NCBI GenBank assembly: GCA_013204645.1
Contig: JABMSE010000039.1
Span: forward strand, 1-48,496
Reading direction: 5' to 3'
Origin: Candidatus Saganbacteria bacterium
Lineage (GTDB): Bacteria > Margulisbacteria > WOR-1 > O2-12-FULL-45-9
Length of the DNA: 48,496 nt
The position numbers and the translations under genes were made by a program. Below are positions 9,621-15,325 of this stretch, one piece after another (position 1 is the first letter of the stretch; every line of letters begins with the position of its first letter). The notes under the pieces were generated by a model that saw only the letters and a program-made list of their open reading frames with translations, was not told the DNA's origin and made no database searches.

Positions 9621-10254
9621 AGCAAAATTAATAGCATTTGATATGAATCAAACCAAGGCAGCAGAGTTGCCAACAGTGGAAACATTACTGACACACCTAG
9701 GCGATTTAACCCCTCAAGCAGTGCGCTTGGCTGGATTTCCCTTAACCATTCAAGCCATTGACCAAGCAATTGAAAGCGGTCAAATTGAAGCCTTCCTAAA
9801 AACCGATCTTGTAAGTGGTCGGAAACTTTGGTATACAATCCAACACCTTTCAGACCCATCGTCATTGAAAGATAAAACATTCAGAGTTGGACCATATACT
9901 GTAAGTATCACCAACCCCAATCCCTCACAGTTTACTTTTAAAATTGAAGGTATCCCAATTAGACGGGGCCTTCAAGTTACTGTCGTGGATGTTGGCTCCT
10001 CTCCTTCTGTTCTTGTCGATACCACCTACACCGTATCAGCTACCATCCGTGAAACGGGCGTAGAATTTCTTCTTCCCTCTCAATTAGAGGCAGAACATAT
10101 TTATGATCCAAACGAGGAAAATATAAGATGGGAGTGGGAAGAGGAAAACCCTTTCCGTGACTCAGAAAACCAGCCTAGTTGTGCAAAGCATAAATATATG
10201 CTTAGTGGCTTTAATCTGCGCATCATTATTGAGGAACTTATAAGGCAAATATAA
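9613..10254 (+). CDS. KLIAF-leader array protein 10; module A
   Basis: MIKAKLIAFD...VRLAGF; LWYTI..KTFRVGPYTVSI..IRETGV..YDPNEENIRWEW..GFNLRIIIEELI. Confidence 0.85.
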   Translation: MIKAKLIAFDMNQTKAAELPTVETLLTHLGDLTPQAVRLAGFPLTIQAIDQAIESGQIEAFLKTDLVSGRKLWYTIQHLSDPSSLKDKTFRVGPYTVSITNPNPSQFTFKIEGIPIRRGLQVTVVDVGSSPSVLVDTTYTVSATIRETGVEFLLPSQLEAEHIYDPNEENIRWEWEEENPFRDSENQPSCAKHKYMLSGFNLRIIIEELIRQI

Positions 10255-10255
10255 A

Positions 10256-10966
10256 ATGTTTTTAGCAAAACTTATAGCATTTGAGACAAATGAAGCTAAA
10301 GTAGCACAATTGCCAACCGTGGAAACATTGTTGGCAAATTTGGGTGATTTAACCACTGAAGCAGTACGCCTGGCAGGATTCCCTCTAACTCTTCAAGCTA
10401 TTGACCAAGCAATTAAAAGTGGTCAAATTGAAACTATCCTCAAAACTAATCACGTAAGTGCTCAAAAACTCTGGGAGGTAATTCATCAAATAACTGATAC
10501 GTCTCCCTCCTCACCATTTCGAGAGATGACTTTTAAAGTCGGCCCTTATAGCGTAAAAATCAAAGATCCGGATCCGTATAATTTTACTTTACACGTTGTG
10601 CCCCCTAGCCCTACCGTAACAGTTATCCAAGACAGCTCTCCCGCCGAGGCACTTTCAACCGTAGAACACTTTCCATGGAGATTATCAGTTAAGGTTTTTG
10701 AAACTGGCGTAAAACTTGATCTAGTGGGGAAACCATTTGACACCACAGAAATGGGTTTCACAGAAGAAGCGCTAAGAGGATTAGTAAATCCAAGAAGTAG
10801 CTCTATTAATCTTCGCTGGAGACTCTTTAGATCTCGACTAAAAGACCCGTTTACTGGAACAGAAAGAAAACATCCACTGGAGACCATACATCTCGTCGAA
10901 AACTTTAATCTGCGCGAAATCATTGGAGAGTTGATCCAGCAAATTGAGGAACAAGAAGATGCTTAA
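10256..10966 (+). CDS. KLIAF-leader array protein 11; module A; close paralog of protein 10
   Basis: MFLAKLIAFE...LPTVETLL.LGDLT..AVRLAGFPLT.QAIDQAI.SGQIE is nearly identical to protein 10. Confidence 0.85.
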   Translation: MFLAKLIAFETNEAKVAQLPTVETLLANLGDLTTEAVRLAGFPLTLQAIDQAIKSGQIETILKTNHVSAQKLWEVIHQITDTSPSSPFREMTFKVGPYSVKIKDPDPYNFTLHVVPPSPTVTVIQDSSPAEALSTVEHFPWRLSVKVFETGVKLDLVGKPFDTTEMGFTEEALRGLVNPRSSSINLRWRLFRSRLKDPFTGTERKHPLETIHLVENFNLREIIGELIQQIEEQEDA

Positions 10967-11570
10967 GTTAAAACTCATTGCCTTTAATATCCGAGAAAGC
11001 TATGTTGAAGGAGAAATCGCTAACGTTGAAGAACTTATTTTGCGAGCGCAAAGCCACGCTGAAGTAACCACAGAGGATGTAAGATTAGCCGGCGTTCCAG
11101 CTGTAAAACGCCATATTGATGAGGCCATAAGCCAAGGAACTATTGTTAAATTCCTTACTCCCTTTCTTCCGCCGAAAAAAGACCCCAAAGCAATTGAAAC
11201 TTTAATGAAAGAAGTAATTTCATCTTTCAGCGAGGGCCCAAAAAGACTACACCTCTCAAAATATGTGGGACGAGGAGCCTTTAGATTTGCGGCTTTTAGC
11301 CAATTAGGCATTGGCTCGCGACAAGATCTCAAGCAAATCGCAAATTTTTTAACCGATGGACGCCTGCTAGCCCTAGCGCGAGATCCGCAAACCGCTAGCT
11401 TTACTCTTCCTGTTTCCGGCTACTTTGTGCGCTTTGAGGCTGAATCAATTCACGTTCGTATATCAGGCGCTGATCTCATGAATGGCGCAGCTCCATTTAT
11501 AAAAATTGAAACTCTAAAGGTTGAAAATGGCGGGGAAACGGTTGATTTGTTTGTAGATCATCCAGAGTAG
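10959..11570 (+). CDS. KLIAF-leader array protein 12 (last); module B
   Basis: Start reassigned to ATG 10959 (MLKLKLIAFN), 8-bp overlap; DVRLAGVP; IGSRQDLKQIANFL..FTLPVSG. Confidence 0.82.
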   Translation: MLKLKLIAFNIRESYVEGEIANVEELILRAQSHAEVTTEDVRLAGVPAVKRHIDEAISQGTIVKFLTPFLPPKKDPKAIETLMKEVISSFSEGPKRLHLSKYVGRGAFRFAAFSQLGIGSRQDLKQIANFLTDGRLLALARDPQTASFTLPVSGYFVRFEAESIHVRISGADLMNGAAPFIKIETLKVENGGETVDLFVDHPE

Positions 11571-11588
11571 ATATTTTCGCAAAAGGCT

Positions 11589-11636
11589 AAAAAAGGGGAC
11601 ACACGCTTTACGAACAAAAGGGGTCCGTCCCCATTT
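11589..11636. terminator. Possible hairpin/terminator between the convergent array and coaE
   Basis: A-run followed by GGGGAC (11595-11600), with complementary GTCCCC (11627-11632) followed by ATTT. The loop is long, so this is atypical. Confidence 0.3.
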
Positions 11637-11688
11637 AAGTCTTTAGTGTGAGTTTGTAGTTGTGCCTGACACCATTTTGTGTCTGACA

Positions 11689-12273
11689 CTAATTCATAAT
11701 GGCTTTTCTTAAGCTCTTTGAGCTACCATCGTTCCTGATAACCCTATCCGCCATTGCTAGATATTCCTTTTGCGGCATTTGGGAACTAATCCGTTTTTGG
11801 GCAGAAGTTTTCGACGAGCCCTTTTTTAGTAGCCGTTTTAATCTCTTTTCTTTAGATGCCATAACCACCCAAACCTCATCCACATAATCTACCAAGCCAA
11901 TCTCACTAAGCACCGCTGCATTTATCACAATCAACTTACTACTTACTACTAACAACTTACAACTTTCTATAATCGCCTCCCTCAACCTCGGATGAACGAT
12001 GCCATTCAATTGCAAGAGCTTCTTTTCATCAGAAAAAACAATCTTAGCTAATTTCTGGCGATTGATTTTGCCTCCGCGCATCAAGATCTTGGAACCAAAG
12101 GCTTTTACGATCTCTCGCCACACCGGGGTTTGGGGGTTATATAATGTATGCGCAACTTGATCGGCATCAATCACAGCTGCCCCTTGTTTTTGCAATATCT
12201 TGGCTACGCTGTCCTTACCTGAAGCAATGGGACCGGTTAAGCCGATAATTTTGTATGGTTGGTCATTCATCAT
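11689..12273 (-). CDS. coaE: Dephospho-CoA kinase
   Basis: IIGLTGPIASGK P-loop, IDADQVAH, INRQKLAKIVF, LNGIVHP, SQMPQ..ADRVIRNDG. Confidence 0.95.
   Translation of the reverse strand: MMNDQPYKIIGLTGPIASGKDSVAKILQKQGAAVIDADQVAHTLYNPQTPVWREIVKAFGSKILMRGGKINRQKLAKIVFSDEKKLLQLNGIVHPRLREAIIESCKLLVVSSKLIVINAAVLSEIGLVDYVDEVWVVMASKEKRLKRLLKKGSSKTSAQKRISSQMPQKEYLAMADRVIRNDGSSKSLRKAIMN
11932..11966. repeat. Five imperfect 7-bp tandem repeats inside coaE
   Basis: caactta ctactta ctactaa caactta caacttt, encoding ESCKLLVVSSKL on the minus strand. Confidence 0.8.
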
Positions 12274-12285
12274 TGGTTGTTAGGA

Positions 12286-12294
12286 ATTATAGCA
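12286..12294 (-). promoter_or_regulatory. Extended -10 promoter for coaE
   Basis: The minus strand reads TGCTATAAT, 12 nt upstream of the coaE ATG. Confidence 0.6.
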
Positions 12295-12314
12295 TAAAAG
12301 ACAAACGCCTATTA

Positions 12315-12462
12315 GGAGGTTTAAATATGTTTTTGCAAACCGTCTCGGAGGCCGAGCGGGCACGGATCCCGCCGAAGGCGGGAGAGCGAGGCCGAGAGCG
12401 AGCGCCAAAATCCTCGCAGGGGATTTTGAGCGCGTGTTTGCAAAAATATTATTTAAACCTCC
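12315..12462. mobile_element. ~148-bp MITE/REP-like element with ~26-bp terminal inverted repeats
   Basis: GGAGGTTTAAATATGTTTTTGCAAAC (12315-12340) pairs with GTTTGCAAAAATATTATTTAAACCTCC (12436-12462). The GC-rich interior has hairpins TCCCGCC-GAA-GGCGGGA and CAAAATCC..GGATTTTG. Confidence 0.6.
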
Positions 12463-12477
12463 GTAAAATCCTCCCCC

Positions 12478-12506
12478 TTGACAAATCCCCCAGAGTAAAA
12501 TAGAAT
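12478..12506 (+). promoter_or_regulatory. Sigma70-type promoter, probably giving a leaderless mRNA
   Basis: TTGACA (12478-83), 17-nt spacer, TAGAAT (12501-06). The ATG at 12514 is 7 nt downstream and there is no Shine-Dalgarno. Confidence 0.7.
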
Positions 12507-12513
12507 TCAAATA

Positions 12514-14460
12514 ATGCGATTTGCAAAACATTTAATCGCAACTTGTATTTTGTGCTTTTGTGCTCTTGTGTTCTTATGTCCTTCCCTCACCTCGGCAGCT
12601 GACCTTGATTTTCCCTATGCTGGTGTCCAAATCAAACTTCCCCCACAAGAGGACCCCTTCCCAGGCATAGGCAATTACTACAGTACCCTTTCAAAAGGCA
12701 TGGAAACTGCTCTCTGGAACCCAGCTTCCCTAGCTAAGCTTTCTCTCTCGGAAGCGTCTATTTCAACCTTAGGGCCGCTTGAAAGGTACACTTATAACCG
12801 AAGCTTTGAAATAGCTGAAACAAGCGGTGATCTTATGCTTGATGGCGGAACAACTGCTGCCGGTGAATATGGTATATTTTATCGATCACCCGCTGCTATC
12901 GGAAGTGGAATCAACACCAAAGAAGTAGAAGTAATGACCCATTCAAATTTTGCCACTGAAGGCACCGGAGTTAATTTTAACTCGGCCTTAAGAGTCAATG
13001 AATGGATCACAATTGGCTTTGCTGCAACCAGCCCGCTTGCCGCTGATATGGCCGCATCAGGGGATTTTCCTTTAACTGTCCGGTCCGATATCGATTTTCG
13101 CGGGCAATCAACCCCGGACATGGAAATAACCAATGCTGGAAAACTAAAATACACCTATGATGTAGGTCCCACAATCGTAACCTATGAAAGCACGGGAACT
13201 GTTTGGACGGGTTTTCTTTCCCAGGAGGCTACTATTCCTTCCACCACCTACGGAGAATTTAGGAATAATGTAAACATTGAAAGCCCCTACATGGGAAGCA
13301 TTGCATCAAAAATCGGCAAATTATCCCTCGGGGTTAATATGATTCCTATTTCTGCCACCGCTAATATTGATAATGACTTACAAGTAGCGGTTAATTCTGA
13401 TGCTGATGATATTATTCTTTACTTCCCAAATTTTGACCCAACCAACGAACTAGAGATCGTAAACTGGGTGAATGATCCTAACCAATACGGCACCTCAGCA
13501 GGATATTCAGAGAAACAATTCAATGTCCATGAAGGCGAAATCTTAGGGACTGCCAGATATACCGGCTATTACACGGCCAGCACCACCCGCTTCGATATTG
13601 GCTCAATGTATGACATTACAGACTGGCTTACGGTGGGGGTGGTTTTTGAAAACTTCGGAGGAGCATCCCTTAATATGAAGGGAAACGGGATATCTACTTT
13701 CATAAATTATCGAGATGTCAATACCAGTGAGGTGGACCAACTACAAAACTTAATTGACCCGGGAGGCCTGACAGAAATTGACCTCTTGGCAGACGAATGG
13801 ATAACTACTGACGAGGTAAACAGCATTAAACTTTTGCTTGAACCAGAAAAGAATTATCCTCTCCCCAAAAGGATCCGCTACGGCATAGCGCTTAAAAAAC
13901 CTTGGTTGATTGCCATTGATTTTGAGCAAAACACCAACCCGATTTCTTTTGTAGCAACGATAAATAATGTGGAAGAAACAATTACGGTTAGCAATATCAA
14001 TTTCGTGCGAATTGGCGGGGAAACCCAAATCTTTAGGCTGCCCGCTTGGTTTCGCGGAGGCACCACCCTTATGCTTAAACCAGAAATTACTGGGTTGGAT
14101 GCTGACACCCAAAACACGGTAAACAACGCCTTCCGATACGGGGCTTTGCCAATAAAACTGGATTTGGGTCTGGATATGAATTTCTGGGGGACTCTGATTG
14201 GAAACTCCCTGGGAATAAATGCACAATCTATAATCAGCGTTTTACAGGTTGATGTCACCAACATGGACTTAACTAAAATGATTTACAGCAATTTCTACGT
14301 GGCGCGGGGCCCCTGGCAGATATCCTGGCTCATTTCGGCTGATCCCTTAGCTTCGGCCGCAGCTTATGGCTCAAGGACACCACCTCCGGGTCAGAAAAAG
14401 GAGATAGAATTAAGTGATCTCAAATATGTTCAAACTTTTGGGGTAACCTATAAATTCTAA
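12514..14460 (+). CDS. Predicted outer-membrane beta-barrel protein (PorV/FadL-like features)
   Basis: N-terminal signal peptide, ALWNPASLA motif, amphipathic beta segments (DWLTVGVVFEN, RIRYGIA) and C-terminal GVTYKF with an aromatic end typical of BAM substrates. Confidence 0.6.
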   Translation: MRFAKHLIATCILCFCALVFLCPSLTSAADLDFPYAGVQIKLPPQEDPFPGIGNYYSTLSKGMETALWNPASLAKLSLSEASISTLGPLERYTYNRSFEIAETSGDLMLDGGTTAAGEYGIFYRSPAAIGSGINTKEVEVMTHSNFATEGTGVNFNSALRVNEWITIGFAATSPLAADMAASGDFPLTVRSDIDFRGQSTPDMEITNAGKLKYTYDVGPTIVTYESTGTVWTGFLSQEATIPSTTYGEFRNNVNIESPYMGSIASKIGKLSLGVNMIPISATANIDNDLQVAVNSDADDIILYFPNFDPTNELEIVNWVNDPNQYGTSAGYSEKQFNVHEGEILGTARYTGYYTASTTRFDIGSMYDITDWLTVGVVFENFGGASLNMKGNGISTFINYRDVNTSEVDQLQNLIDPGGLTEIDLLADEWITTDEVNSIKLLLEPEKNYPLPKRIRYGIALKKPWLIAIDFEQNTNPISFVATINNVEETITVSNINFVRIGGETQIFRLPAWFRGGTTLMLKPEITGLDADTQNTVNNAFRYGALPIKLDLGLDMNFWGTLIGNSLGINAQSIISVLQVDVTNMDLTKMIYSNFYVARGPWQISWLISADPLASAAAYGSRTPPPGQKKEIELSDLKYVQTFGVTYKF

Positions 14461-14465
14461 ATACA

Positions 14466-15320
14466 ATGACAAATGACAAATTAAAAATGCTTCCTTCGGA
14501 CCGAGCACAAGGCCTTTCCCTTCGGGCTGAGGGAAAAGTCCTTTCTCAGGACGAAGCCTCAGGACGAGGTCGCACTGAAGATAAGGACAACGCTCAGCAC
14601 AAAGTGACAAATTATGGTTGGATCATTATAATAGGAATAGTCGCTACACTAGGGATAGGAACAAGAGCCGAAGCAATAACTGCTTTTGCTACCATGGAAA
14701 CCCCAGAAATTATGCGTATTAATATTAACGGCACTAGAATATTTTCCGGAGATCCCATAACGTCGCTCCCCCAAATTGCTGTAACTGCTGCCACTACCTC
14801 TACCATGGAAACAATGCGACTAAAATTAGGTACGATAAATACGAACATAACCTTTACGCAAAGTGGAAATACTTGTTTAGCAACCTACAACGTGACCAGC
14901 GCTATTGCCGCTGGCACCTATGGTCTCACCATTGAGGCTTTCACAACCTCTGGGAAGGCAGCCACATATGAAGTCTATCCGTTATATATTAGAACGAGTA
15001 ACGACCTAACTATCCAAGGCTATCCTCTAAATTATCCAAATCCTTTTGATCCAGGGTCACAAACAACCACCATTAGCTATACACTCTCAAAATCTTCCAA
15101 CGTAAAAATCAATATTTTTGATCTAGCTGGCAACTTGCTTGTAAGCAATGGTTATTCAACTAATCAACCAGGTGGAACGGCTGGATACAATGAGGTTACC
15201 TGGGACGGCAAAGCAAGTGGCGGCAGCTATGTGGGAAATGGCATTTATATCTATCTGATTATCGCTGACGGAAAAGTAGCCCAGAATGGCACGGGCAAGA
15301 TTGTGGTGTTCAAACAATAA
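14466..15320 (+). CDS. Exported protein with Ig-like domain and C-terminal T9SS-type-A/FlgD-Ig sorting-like domain
   Basis: Signal peptide ending AEA. C-terminal NYPNPFDP..TTISYTL..VKINIFDLAGNL..NEVTWDGK..VGNGIYIYLI..GKIVVFK. The start codon is uncertain because of the 5' repeat insertion. Confidence 0.8.
   Translation: MTNDKLKMLPSDRAQGLSLRAEGKVLSQDEASGRGRTEDKDNAQHKVTNYGWIIIIGIVATLGIGTRAEAITAFATMETPEIMRININGTRIFSGDPITSLPQIAVTAATTSTMETMRLKLGTINTNITFTQSGNTCLATYNVTSAIAAGTYGLTIEAFTTSGKAATYEVYPLYIRTSNDLTIQGYPLNYPNPFDPGSQTTTISYTLSKSSNVKINIFDLAGNLLVSNGYSTNQPGGTAGYNEVTWDGKASGGSYVGNGIYIYLIIADGKVAQNGTGKIVVFKQ
14490..14602. repeat. GC-rich nested REP-like palindromic insertion in the 5' end of the CTD gene
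   Basis: Hairpin TTTCCCT(14515-21)/AGGGAAA(14530-36); direct repeat CTCAGGACGA at 14545 and 14558; AGCACAA at 14504 and 14596; flanked by AAATGAC-type heptamers. Confidence 0.5.
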
Positions 15321-15325
15321 ATAAT

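Noticed and set aside
2047-10958. ORF-track starts at 2047, 4965, 6259 and 10944
   Set aside because: Internal ATGs at 2092, 5025, 6280 and 10959 place KLIAF at residues 5-9, as in all other members, and give the recurring 8-bp overlap.
1-11570. Integron cassette array or CRISPR-like DNA repeat explanation for the gene array
   Set aside because: The genes overlap or are 1-12 nt apart, leaving no room for attC sites. The repeated element is conserved as protein with synonymous variation, and no integrase or cas gene is in the window.
2092-11570. Type IV prepilin (class III) signal: K..A|F with E/Q at +5 in several leaders (AFNINE, AFNIRE, AFETNE)
   Set aside because: The required ~20-residue hydrophobic helix after the cleavage site is absent; the following residues are polar or charged.
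1083-11570. Nif11-type or double-glycine RiPP leader (RxAG-hydrophobic loosely recalls AxxAGF)
   Set aside because: There is no GG/GA cleavage motif followed by a short core, the cargos are 150-500 aa folded domains, and no modifying enzyme or peptidase-ABC transporter is in the window. The resemblance is too weak without an HMM test.
1-11570. Toxin-immunity pairs or prophage region
   Set aside because: Every gene carries the same leader, with no alternating small immunity ORFs. I see no recognisable nuclease/deaminase motifs and no phage structural or replication genes.
12255-12531. Small ORFs 12255..12503 (+) and 12280..12531 (-)
   Set aside because: They span the inverted-repeat element and both divergent promoters and have no recognisable protein features; likely spurious.
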